DNA from: Lingula anatina
Taxonomy: Eukaryota > Animalia > Brachiopoda
Reading direction: 5' to 3'
Length of the DNA stretch: 64,000 nucleotides
Assembly (NCBI GenBank): GCA_051362555.1
Contig: CM120644.1
Span: 13,352,567 to 13,416,566, forward strand
Part shown: positions 27,901 through 39,953 of the stretch, one piece after another
Numbering within the stretch: position 1 is the first letter of the stretch
How the letters are laid out: each line of letters opens with the position of its first letter
Notes under the pieces: model-generated
What the model was told of the DNA's origin: nothing
What the model saw: the letters and a program-made list of their open reading frames with translations, nothing else
Databases searched by the model: none
Made by a program: the position numbers and the translations under genes

Positions 27901-29146
27901 ATTCATGAAAGAGATAAGGTTATTCATAATCTTTATAAATGGCGTTCTTTGTCAGGACTTTAAGGAAAAGCTGATTTTTACATAAAAAGATATATTCTAA
28001 TGTAACTTGGATCGATGGATTGGTGTTTAAAGAATAAGAATAGATTCTGAAAATGAGACTGGACTTTTTTTTCTTACTACTCTATTTTCTTAATACCATG
28101 CCTGACATTCGCCGTGTAAAGAAGGAATATAGACCGCCTTTCCACAGGTACAGTGTGTATTGCGGAAGTACGGTGCTCTATGTGAAAAGGCCATTCTCTT
28201 AGCCGGGGGAGTTGGGGGCTGGGGGGGGGGGGGGAGGAGGCGTACCGCCCTTTTTGCCGGAAAATGGTCTGCTTTGCTTCAATTTTGATCTAGGTACACG
28301 GAAGTTTCATGGGAAAAGGTTCTCTTTTTAGAAGAAGAATTTCCCTCCTCTATGAAATTGCTGGCCACATGCTTGATTCGCACCTACCGTTTAACGAGCT
28401 GAGAATTCACGTTCCCCATGACCGACACTGATTGATAAATGTAAATGTCCTCGTTGATTCTTCTATATCCGTGTTGTATCAGATCATTAAAGAAGACGGC
28501 CGTATATCGTCATGAACTGTAAAGGAGTGAGCTGCTGGATTTTACGGAAGGCTAAAATTAGAACTCAAACTTCCACGCTGTTTCTAACTAGCTACACCAC
28601 TACTTTTGACAAGGAAGTGAAAATGTTAACCGCAATGCCCCTTCACTCAAATCACTGATCCGGGGGCCGTTTAGAATTTTTTTTGCTAAAAAATAAATCT
28701 GTTTATTACAGTTGTGTCAGTTCTCTTGTGACAATACCAAAGATTTTGTCAATTTTTAGGACATCTTTACAACATGCATTTCATAACAGGTACCCGTATT
28801 TTATATATGAAATGAATGGGTATGTCAGCTAGTGTCAATACATATTTAGTTCCGTGTCGCTTGGAGATATTTTCTTTCTACCAAATCAGGTAAAATATAA
28901 AAAAGAGTAAACGAATCAGTATGAAAATGAAAGTGATATTACAGCCTAAGGTTTGCTTATATAATTATTGATTGAGGATTATGTTTGCATTTGATTGGAC
29001 GAACGTCACGTGTCCAGATTGGAAAACTTGTACGTCTATGTTTCTGTACTGAATTTTAAATGAAGTACAGGCACGGGCTTCTTTCATATTTTCTTTCTTT
29101 TCCTGATTTTTATTTTCTACGATGGGTATGCTTTTCGGCAAGGAAT

Positions 29147-29328
29147 AACAGATTAGAATTTGCACGAAATAAAATGAAGTCATGTGTAGATCCAAAATTT
29201 GTGAAATTAATATAATATTTAGCACTTTAAATCTTTAAAACTTTAAACAGATTAGATTTTGCATGAAATAATTTTAAGTCATGTGTAGATCCAAAATTTG
29301 TGAAATTAATATAATATTTAGCACTTTT
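29147..29328. repeat. Tandem duplication, 2 copies, ~99-bp period
   Basis: AACAGATTAGA.TTTGCA.GAAATAA...AAGTCATGTGTAGATCCAAAATTTGTGAAATTAATATAATATTTAGCACTTT occurs twice. Confidence 0.85.
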
Positions 29329-32300
29329 TAAAAAACTTTAAAGTAGAATATCTTACCTTTTCCTGCCCAGCTCTTTCTATCTCTTTCCATCAAAGAAAAC
29401 CCATCTGCTTGACAAGGCGGACCCCAGGTGAGAGATCAAATTGTTTCACAAAAAGAGAAAAAAATAGGCCTTAATGAAAGTTAACTGAATAAATCTAAAC
29501 ATTTTGTTAAAGTGAATGCTTCTTCACGTATGGGCATGTTAAATGCCATTTTAATGCCATTATCCTGTGTCAACCGAACTACACTCACAGTCTCATTTTC
29601 ATTTTGTTGTCACACAGAACAGGCTTCCCTGTCACTGGATACGAGGCCATGGTTTGGAGAAGACCCGCCATACCTTGCGTACCATCCCGGTGACGCGCCT
29701 ACCGCAAACACCGTCAATTTTGTCCCGTGCCACCATCCGCTCATCATGTGATTGTTATCTTTATGCCTCCCTTTTTTTAATATTCGTCTGAATGAGCTAT
29801 CAAAAGAGGACTTTATTGCTAACAGTCCAGGAATGTGTTTTTTTCTCGTGACTCGAATGCGTGGGCGTGCAGACGAATTGTTCGAGGGATTTCAATTAGT
29901 GCGCACGTGGTGTTTGCGCGACGCAGGGACCTTTATAAGGAAGAAAAGCATGAAATGGTAATCGCCCCTTCCACCTTTAATATTTTCTTTTCTTTTTTTA
30001 AAGAAATTACTGAGTACACTGTTAGGTCACACGCATGTTCATTATAACTTCCCGGTGTCACGAAACTGAAGGTCCGTGTGACAGAGAGTCTGCCCTCCCT
30101 ATAGTTATAATGTTTAGGGTTAGTCTGACCTAAGTGGGTCAAAGTCTAGGGCGAGGCTCACCTGTACAAAGTAATGGGAAGAGGACTCTCTTTCACGGGG
30201 GACTTTCTGGTACATGACACCGGCCTTCCCTTGGTTGCATATCCCTCCCACGTTTTCTGAACATATCACCACACTGATATTTAAGAGAAACTTGAAATAA
30301 CAGAGTCGTGTGAATGATACTTACTGTCTCCCAATTAATTAACTATGTTCTGGTGTGTTCCCCCGCCCTTTTTTTAGAACGACAGTTAATTATCTGTGCT
30401 GCATCAGTTGGCAATCTTGGACGAAGGAAAGCGTGATAATTAACTAACTAACCTGGCTGTTACACTAGAAAGCCATTGAAACGGTCAAATGGTGCTATAC
30501 AGACCTGGATAATATTATTATATATTATTATTTATAATTCTTTATTGGTTCGAGCGCAGTAAAAATACAAGCTATGACGTAATTAAAATACATGAAATAA
30601 GTTGAAACAATAACAATTTCAATATGTACATTACGCAATGGGAATTTCTACGGACAGACTTTTCTATTGTTAAATTTCTTATTTTGCACTAAACACCCTC
30701 CCCGGCACCAGTTCGACCGGTTTTCAGGGTTTTCACGTTGTTCAGCAGGATTTCAAGGTTCACGCAACCATTACCTCATTCGTGTTTTGCCTCGTGACTC
30801 CACGTGACTTAAAATGTGTTTTAAACAGGAAATATCGAAATAAAAACATCACATGAGTGGGTAGGATGTGTATAACAAATCTTAAAGATAAAGAAAACAA
30901 ACAGATAAGACGAAAAACTGTTTCTATAAAATTTAGCTGCAAATATCCACCTCTGTATTCCAAACATTTGGATCATAATGATGTCCGTTTATTTTCTAAA
31001 TTTGGCTTTGAAAACTAGTTTTATTCCCACTGAGGTGTGTTCCCTCACTTGATTAATAATGAATACCCTCTACCAGAACAGCAGTTTTCTGACGCAAGAA
31101 AAGCCCCATCATCGAGACATCATAGAGACGTATCCGTGATCATCTGCGTGATTATCTAGTGAAAAATCAGTCTGTGGCCCAGATAGAGTGTAAACAATAA
31201 ATAGAATCATTGTCTGGAAATTACAGAAATCTTTGCTGAAATTGTCAATATCTTTTGATATCGTGTTGTTGTATAACTACAATTTCATTTTCTTTTGCAT
31301 ATTTCGGTTGGCTGGCATAACTTTTGCAGCATTTGAAGCAAATACTTTACCATACAAACGTCATTTTCATTAAAATTGTATCTTCTATCGTCTCTGAAAT
31401 TATTATACCACTACAACTGTGCCTAAGCCTGACAGTGTTACGAATGAAAAATCCGAACAAAACCCATTTCATAATACCACCCCCTCTTCCACAAAATAAG
31501 ATTTTAAATAAAATATACCCTTCATCCTCAATACACTAGACTTTCACCCCACGCGGTAAACATAGGTCTATTCAGTGCATTTACATTCATGAGCCATGCC
31601 TTGTCCCACGAGATACAAATACATAAAAAACCGCCCTAGGATTAAAATGAGAACGAAAGGAGGGGCTAGACACACAGGGATTAATATCAAAATAAAAACT
31701 TCACAAACAAAAATGTAAGCAGCTAAATGGGAGAATCTCCTCCCCCCAACCCCCCCCCCCCCCCCCCCCCCCCGCTAGGCCCCTTCCGGTCTGCCTTTTA
31801 AGCCCTCCTTTGGGAGTCTCGCCCTAGCTGTCCCAGTGATACGTTTCCCACGCATGAACTACCGGTAGTAAAGTAGAAAAAATATGTTTCGTTTCCTGTC
31901 AATACATCTACTTTTTAAGTGTTATTAAAGTGTTCATTGACGGCTAGGTGCCCAGCCTTGTGTAAAATCGGATCAATATACTACAGGGTTACACGAAGTA
32001 TAATCATCTTGAGTAATTGTTTGTGCTATTCAGTTTGCAGAAAAAATATGTCAGATAAAAGTGCTTATCGCCCTTGTTACCTTAAGTATTTTTTCTTTTT
32101 CAAGAAAATGCTGCCTACATTGTTTGGTTACATGCATATTGGCCATAAGCGCAACGTGCTTACATCACTCGTTTCATCACTCCACACGTTTTCAGACCAT
32201 AACCAGCCCTGATATTTCAGCAGAAAAAATGTAAGATGAAAGTGGCAATCGCCCCTGCCACCTTTTATGTTAGATTTGAATAAGATCAACTAAAGGTGAA

Positions 32301-32420
32301 TGGATAGGAGATAAGGTAAAACAAACAAACTGAATAAATAAATAACTATTGAATTTATGAATAAATAACTAATTTACTAACTACCTAACTAATTAGCCAG
32401 CTAAATAAATAAATAAACAA

Positions 32421-32464
<44 letters not shown>

Positions 32465-33372
32465 ATGGATGAAAAAGAAAACGGAATCATTTGGAATTTG
32501 AAACGTCGTAATATTTCTTCCCTTCTCACCTTTGGGTATCTTTGAAAAAAACACTAATTTTTGGTGACCTCTGTAACTCTATTGTCAAAACGATATGAAA
32601 TTTCTGAGATTGTGTTTCCTTTAGGTTGGAATTTTCCCACGCTTCTCGGAGAGCCATTGTTAAAGGTACATTCCCCGTGACGCCGGTGGCTTGGCTGCAG
32701 GAGGAGGTTCAAAATGGAAAGACAATATTAATGGAAAGAAAATGGGGAAATGGGAGAAAAACAAGAATAAATTAATTCATCATGTTAACTGTGAGGGATG
32801 TGAAATGAGCCTTCTGATGAAATACAGAGGAAAACATGGAACTGTGTTTTTTTTTTCAGCTAAATGCGAACCCCCCCCCCCCCATCTCCCCAGCCCGCGT
32901 TTATCTCTCAGATATAGAGTATATCTAAAGAAACAAACACAACAAAAAAATGAAGTTAAAAAATTGAAAAGAAGTAGACAGACATGTCGTTTCATATTTG
33001 AACTCTTGGTGCTCAATTTCCTAAGGCCTTCATTTGAGGGAGTTTCTCCCACGCCAATGTGCACGATCCCGTATACAAATTATCTCCCTGCTTGTCCGTC
33101 ACTGAGTTCGAGCAGGAAGTGGAATAATAGATGAAAATGTTACTCTTTATTTTATGACAACAGCATCGATTACGGATTTTTATGTCATTTAACAGAGGCT
33201 ATTATCACGAACAAAAAGAATAGATTTCCACTATGATGATGTTTTACAAAAGGAATTGTCCCTTTACGGGGAGAGTAAAATATTTGGACAACACACAATA
33301 CAGATCAATCAAGATCTCTTCCAGTGATGATATTATATAAAAAAAAAAAAATCTTTCACCCACATTTCTGAG

Positions 33373-33720
33373 AACAGGGGGTTTTCGTGTTGAACTCATT
33401 GTGTCGCACCTGGGAAGCAAATGCATCTACCAGTAATAATAATATATATTAAAAATCTTACACTGATATTTTTGTGAACAGGAGATTTTCGTTTTGAACT
33501 CACCGTCTCATTTCTGGGAAGCAAATACAATATTTTTTTAAAATAGGGGATTTTCATGTTAGTCTCATTGCCTCATTCCTGGGAAACAAACACAGTATTT
33601 TTATAAACAGGGGATTTTCGTGTTGGACTCATTGCCTCATTCCTGGGAAACAAACACAATATTTTTGTAAACAGGGGATTTTCGTGTTGATCTCATTGTC
33701 TCATTCCTGGGAAGCAAATG
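33373..33720. repeat. Minisatellite, ~64-bp unit, ~5 copies
   Basis: AACAGGGGATTTTCGTGTTG.ACTCATTG.CTCATTCCTGGGAA.CAAA repeated. Confidence 0.85.
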
Positions 33721-34651
33721 AAACTACCACACAGGTAGTAGCTTTCTGGCCATGCAATTATTTTCCACAAGGAATGTAAGAACCACACTGTCAATAGCAG
33801 AAATTTCTATTCTATTTCTATTGTAATCAGGAAATACAATTGAGTAATTTCATCGGTTTCATAAAGAATACTATACGCGTGGCTTCTCTCTAATACTGTG
33901 AAAGGGAATAAAAATGTGCATCTTTTCTCTTTGTGTCTTCAAACAGCATGTTTATATTAATGTGTGAATTTATTTGTTATTTTTCTTTCTTTACGCAACG
34001 CGTGTGGTGAATATGTTATAGTGATGGAAACATAACCTATTAGTGAAGAAAACAAACGCTCGGAGTAAGTTTCATCTTCATTGAGTAAACTATCAGTGTT
34101 ATTTTCCCCCTTTGCTTTCAAAAAAAAAAAAAAATTAATAAAAAGGCATAATTAAAATATGTGTCCCACTCCTTTCATCACAAGTTAATTTTCCTCACAC
34201 AAAGCGAAACCGAAGTCCCTCGTGCAAAATATCAATATTTAATAAGGAACTCAAAACAATGCACTTTCCGGTGTCATTTTTAAAAACCGGGTCTGTTCAC
34301 CATTCACTGTAGACGTAAACCACATAAAAAAGAACTTTCATCTGCTATTTCATCACCAAAACGGGAAACATAAAGGCTGTTAATGATGTGAACAAAAACC
34401 GAAAGAGAACAACAAAATATTAACAAAAATTATAGACTGTGTGAAGAAAAACAAGAAATTCGCAAGGCAAAAACAAATGGATTAAAAACAATTAACATAA
34501 TGCCTGTAGAGAACAGAAGGCATTGGATAAATCAGTAGCAATACTACAATAGTAACTAATACTACAGGTAGTACTACTTCGTTACTACAGTAGTAACGAA
34601 AGGCAGCGAAAATAAAAATTAGTGAATAGGAAAAGTAAAAATCACGGCTTA

Positions 34652-37600
34652 TAGTAGGCTTGTTAAGAGGTCAAACGCTGCATTTTATAGTACAAATGTC
34701 TAACTTGGCATAAATGTTCCTTGGGCCAAAAGAAAATTTTTTATCCAAAGAGACGCCCTCTATCGCTACATTAATTAGCATTAATTATGCAAATTAGGTG
34801 CCAAAATATATAATATTTCATATTTCCATTAATTTTTGGCCTAGAAACATTTATAGATTATCAAACCTGACTAAATTAGGGACAAGGAACCCATTTTTGA
34901 TCATTTGGAAGCAATTGGTGGCCATTTTGTGCCTCAAATCCAAGATGGCCGCCACCCGCCATTTTGAAAGTGGACATAATTTTGCTATTTTATGTTGAAT
35001 TTTGAAGCGTTTGGTCTATATATACTTGATATATATATCGATTCCTACTATTTTGGGGGTGAAAAAGTCATTTTTGATATTGTTTTGGTGATAGTAGGTG
35101 ATTTGAAGGGACAAAGAGGGTGTTTTAAGTGCCTACCAAGATATGTGTGAACACTGCAAAACCATGGATATTGATAACCCGTATTCAAATACATCTCAAT
35201 GCGATTTTTTGTTATATACCATTGCTATTGGACTATATTATGAGCAAAAAAAACACATTTTTACCATTGTGGAGGCCATTGGTGGCCGTTTTATCCCTCA
35301 AATCCAAGATGGCCGCCAAAACCATTTTGAACATGAGCATAATTCGCTATTTTGAAACTACATGTACTACATCTTTGTAAATGAGTAATACGTCGTTTTA
35401 TATTATTTCCTGGTGCAGAATACATTATTTGTTTCTTACAATTTGTGCCTCAAATCCAAGATGGCCCTCATACGCTATTTTCAAATTGAACATTATTCAC
35501 CATTTTGAAGCTATCACACCTTCATAAGCGTGCCATACGTCATTTTTGATTATTTCCTGGAGCAGAATGCATTTTCGGCTTCATAAAATGTAAATAGAAA
35601 CTTTTATAAGCCTCCAAATAAATATAGGATTCAGTTGCTACATGGACCTGCAGTTTATATGTACAATGAGTAATCCAATTAGTACAAAAATGCTTTTGCC
35701 GATCTATAAAACAAGTGTCAGCAAACAAAATGGCTGAATTAAAGCAAAAGAATACATCTTTGACCGCATGAGGAAAATTGTTAGCCATTATTTTGATCAA
35801 AACCAAGTGATGGTTGCTTGCCGCTATTTTAATAATTTGGTGTTATTTATAATCTTTGAACTGTGGGACCCTCATTCGCTTGTATTAGGTAAAATGGCAC
35901 TATTCTTGGGGCTCAAAAGTAATTTTCCAGTGCTAATTTGGTGACAGAAGATAATAAAAAGGTAATATAAGGTTGTAAAATAAATTCCAAGATGAGTTTC
36001 GTTGAGTCTGTTACAAAAATGTGGAACCCAAACCACATGCTCAAATATATCATCTAGATTTATCTTAAGTGACCATCCACTAAAAGATACTGAATACTCA
36101 AAGGAAAGCAATAAATATATATACATAGTGGTATTATATTATTAATCTTTTACTGGTCAATGTGAACCAAAAAGCCACATGCACATTTATGTCCCAGTCA
36201 CTGGGGCTTGCATTCGCTTAAATATAGCCCAGAAGATTTGAAGGGTGAAAAATGTGTCGTCTTATAATACTATGGAACTTGGTTAGTTGTGTTGATGTGT
36301 AAATGTCCGTGAAAGACAAGCAAATGGACTTTGCTTTGAAATAGCTCTAGATCTTGTCTGCAAAATCATCCAGCAAGACAGCAAAAAGAAACATGCATGA
36401 TCAGCTCTGGTAGGCCAATAAGACAACAGCTAGTAAGAATTGAGGTTTTGTCAGTGTCCTATGAGAAACAGCCAAACAATATATTAGAATCCAGTTTCCA
36501 GAGAAACATTAATGCATGAGAACATGTCGCATCAGAGGAAAGTGGTATCTTTACACAAAAGAATGAATCTGCAAAACCAACTAGAAAGCAGCAGCTGCGC
36601 AGGAAAAGAGGGATAAAGCAAAGAAGTCGAGGAAGCAGCCTCTTTTCCTAGTTGACAGTGCCAGTGATCATTCCTAGCATGATTTGGCCAGACAAGTCAT
36701 CTCACTACCAATAGAAATCCATAAGGCGACTACATAGTTCTCATTGTTTCCAATGGACGAACAAGCACAAAACATCTACAGTATATGACAACTACAGGAA
36801 TATTCATCTTGGAATCATCTTAAAACACCTTATGCCTTTTTTATTATCCTCTGTCACCAGAGTAACACCAGAAATTAATTATGTACTTCCAAAATAGTAA
36901 CAATTGATGTATTACGATCATATGTAAGTCCAACAGCTCAAAAAGGTAAATTATGCCATAATTTTAAAATAGAGACAGGCTCTTGGATATGAACAACAGA
37001 ATAGCTAAAAGTAGTCACCATAAAGTTGAATCCACTATGCTGGTCTCTTGCACTTAATCTATGTCTGGCAAAACCATTTTAAAATTGTTATATTACATAT
37101 TTTTGCACAAATTTGACTTCAAGACGTATACAAGCGAAGGTGAAGACGTAAGCCTGTATTGGTGTTGGAGCCTTTTAATATTTTCTTTTTGTATTATATC
37201 TCAGAAGAGATAAGACACATGACTTCTACAACCCAAATGATAAGAAATGATGTATAACATGCTAGTGTAAGAGCAATAGCTTCAAATTGATGAGTTATGC
37301 CTTATCCGTATTTCAAAATTGTGACTGGCGGCCATTTTGGATTTGAGGATCAAAATGGCTTCCAATTGTCTCCAAAGCACCAAGTATGTGTTCTTTACCT
37401 TTAATTAAGCCATTTTGATCTCTTACACTTGTTTCAAGCTCTTTATGATTTTATAAAACATTTTGTACTAATTAGACTACATGGCACATGTAAGTCTATT
37501 TGACGACTTAAGCCTACATGCATATTCGTTTTGGAGAATAAAATAGTTTGTACTCACATTTTATGAAACAGATAATGTATTCTGCACCAGAAATAATATA

Positions 37601-38359
37601 AAACGACGTATTACTCATTTACAAAGATGTAATACATATAGTTTCAAAATAGCGATTTATGCTCAAGTTCAAAATGGTTTTTGGCGGCCATCTTGGATTT
37701 GAGGGATAAAACGGCCACCAATAGCCTCCATAATGATAAAAATGTGTTTTTTTTTGCTCATAATATAGTCCAGTAGCGATGGTATATAACAAAAAATCGC
37801 ATTGAGATGTATTTGAATACGGGTTATCAATATCCATGGTTTTGCAGCGTTCACACATATCTTGGTAGGCACTTAAAACACCCTCTTTGTCCCTTCAAAT
37901 CACCTACTATCACCAAAACAATATCAAAAATGACTTTTTCACCCCCAAAATAGTAGGAATCGATATATATATCAAGTATATATAGACCAAACGCTTCAAA
38001 ATTCAACATAAAATAGCAAAATTATGTCCACTTTCAAAATGGCGGGTGGCGGCCATCTTGGATTTGAGGCACAAAATGGCCACCAATTGCTTCCAAATGA
38101 TCAAAAATGGGTTCCTTGTCCCTAATTTAGTCAGGTTTGATAATCTATACATGTTTCTAAGCCAAAAATTAATGGAAATATGAAATATTATATATTTTGG
38201 CACATAATTTGCATAATTTATGCTAATTAATGTATCGATAGAGGGCGTCTCTTTGGATAAAAAATTTTCTTTTGGCCCAAGGAACATTTATGCCAAGTTA
38301 GACATTTGTACTACAAAATGCAGCGTTTGGCCATTTTTTGGTTCTTAACAAGCCTACTA
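34652..38359. mobile_element. 3.7-kb non-autonomous Academ-like DNA transposon with ~785-bp TIRs
   Basis: 34652-~35436 is the near-identical reverse complement of ~37565-38359; TAG...CTA termini; 3-bp TTA duplication (34649-34651, 38360-38362); repeated CAAATCCAAGATGGCC motif inside the TIRs. Confidence 0.85.
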
Positions 38360-38567
38360 TTACAGAAGGTAAAAATGAAGACCACATATATTACAAATAA
38401 CAAAACACAAAGTCACTCAATCAAAATCATGACACCAATTCCTAATGATTTCAAGTCGCAGCCCCAATAAAAACAAATATCTTATTCAAACAAAAAGCTG
38501 GCAACTCACCAAATTAAACAACAGCCCCACACAGAGAGAAACAGATAGTCAATTAACAAAAAACTCA

Positions 38568-38573
38568 TTTATT
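38568..38573 (-). terminator. Candidate polyA signal of RPP25L
   Basis: AATAAA on the - strand ~850 nt after the stop, followed by U/GU-rich sequence. Confidence 0.35.
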
Positions 38574-39417
38574 CTATTGACTAAATCTTTAGAAATATAA
38601 GAATTCCAAATCAACAAATTGTAATAGCTTTCCCTTAAGGAAAAGTAAATAATTGATAGTATTTTGTTTAAATTGTTCTGCATAAAATTCTGCCAATATA
38701 AGATTATTGTATTTTTAATGAATGTTGACAGGAGGTGGTGGTGGTGGAGGTGGATAGTGGCATTTCACTCAACAGAGACCCAAGTTTTAGACTACATGGG
38801 GTGGGGGGGGGGGGGGGGGGGAGGGGAGATGGGTGCAGGGTTGTAAGGACAGTCCCCCTGCCCGAGGTTTTTGAAAAATAATTTTGGAGATATTTAATAA
38901 GCATTAGCCTTTTCCTTTCTCCCAATCCATTAGAGGTGTTTTAGATATGTATCACTTTTCCTTCAGTAAGCATCAAGAAGAGTCCCACAGACAGTATAAA
39001 TAACCTGTTTGTATGTTGTGTAGGCCCTCAACAGCTGCCCTCCTCCCCCTCCCCCTCCACTGCATTAGAGCACATTCAGAACACGTTGATACATGGACAA
39101 ATGGATCTGTGGACTAAGTATGGCCGACTCACTTAAAAGCAGTGCCAACTAATTACCTGATGGTCTCCCCGCCTCCACACATGCAGTCGTTGCAGGGGCC
39201 TAGCAATTAAAAGTATCCAAAAAGATCTTCAAAAAGTTTTGATGAAATTTCCAGGAAAGGCAGTTATTCATGAGGGAAAGAAGTAATATATATATATATG
39301 ATAAAAAGAAATGAGGAACAGCAGTTATTTTGCCCCGACTGGTTTCATTGCATCTTCAGGGGGTTATTTCTTATGCTATACATGTAGTATATCTACACTG
39401 TACATATAGTGGTGCTT

Positions 39418-39841
39418 TTAATTTTCTCCTTCATCTTGGGATTGTTTTATAATGACATGATGCTCATTTTGATTACTTGGATGATGTTGGCTTGGTTTGT
39501 GTACAGGCTGTTGATAACGCTGCTGCTGACTTGGTTTTTTCCCCTGATTCTCACTTTTCCTAAACTGGGATTGCTCTTTAAATTTTTGATGTCGATGTTC
39601 AATACTTCCTTTTTCATGAGTCTGCTTTGGATTTTGACCTTTATTGTGTTGTAGTTGCATAGCATCTGCCTCCTTATCACCTTCTGACTGTCTTTTTATA
39701 TGTGATTGATTTTTATTTTTTGCACTTGTCTTCTTCTTTGCATGTTTCTGTATAGATTGTCCACTAGATGGCGATGATGCTGTGTTACTGGCTTGTCTTG
39801 AATTGTGCCAGAATGGGCAGTCAAAGCCTGGAGCCTGATAG
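39418..39841 (-). CDS. RPP25L: RPP25L last exon: (G)YQAPG plus ~135-aa low-complexity tail ending QSQDEGEN*
   Basis: Acceptor TCTTTTAG at 39842; phase-2 join GG|C TAT CAG GCT CCA GGC gives the conserved GYQxP; open to TAA at 39418. Confidence 0.88.
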
Positions 39842-39953
39842 CTAAAAGATAAAATATAATAAGATAAAATAAAAGGAAATAATAATAATAAGTTAATGAT
39901 TACTTAAAAGGTCATACAAAAAATGCAGAAATTGACTCAATAATAATAATAAT

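Larger units (their letters stand above)
24200..29430 (-). pseudogene. Decayed multi-exon glycoside hydrolase family 1 (beta-glucosidase/lactase/klotho-like) gene
   Basis: Splice-bounded segments in GH1 order: ~29357-29430 WG..CQADG..DGK..SW (frameshifted); 28388-28516 HGYRRINEDI; 25523-25672 IPW...*...YGVIPGIWLAHD; 25429-25465 ..LWERP; 24927-25087 AETYGQLVERWVT...*NILTAH; 24740 YIWRGY; ~24400 VGIRMRREW; ~24280 DDKDAVE. In-frame stops at 25574-25576 and 24950-24952. Confidence 0.45.

Noticed and set aside
28098-29693. Possible small + strand gene MPDIRRVKKEYRPPFHS-SFYLFPSKKTHLLDKADPR-TGFPVTGYEAMVWRRPAIPCVPSR*
   Set aside because: Splice phases fit but no family is recognisable, and it overlaps the better-supported - strand GH1-like segments; it needs RNA evidence
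33373-33720. ~64-bp periodic repeat with CRISPR-like spacing
   Set aside because: The whole unit is repeated, including the would-be spacers
34798-38287. Paired near-identical ORFs on opposite strands (MPKYIIF.., MPTKICV..)
   Set aside because: Mirror translations of the long TIRs with no protein-like features
39409-39654. Hydrophobic 81-aa + strand ORF resembling a membrane protein
   Set aside because: Antisense shadow of the A-rich RPP25L last exon
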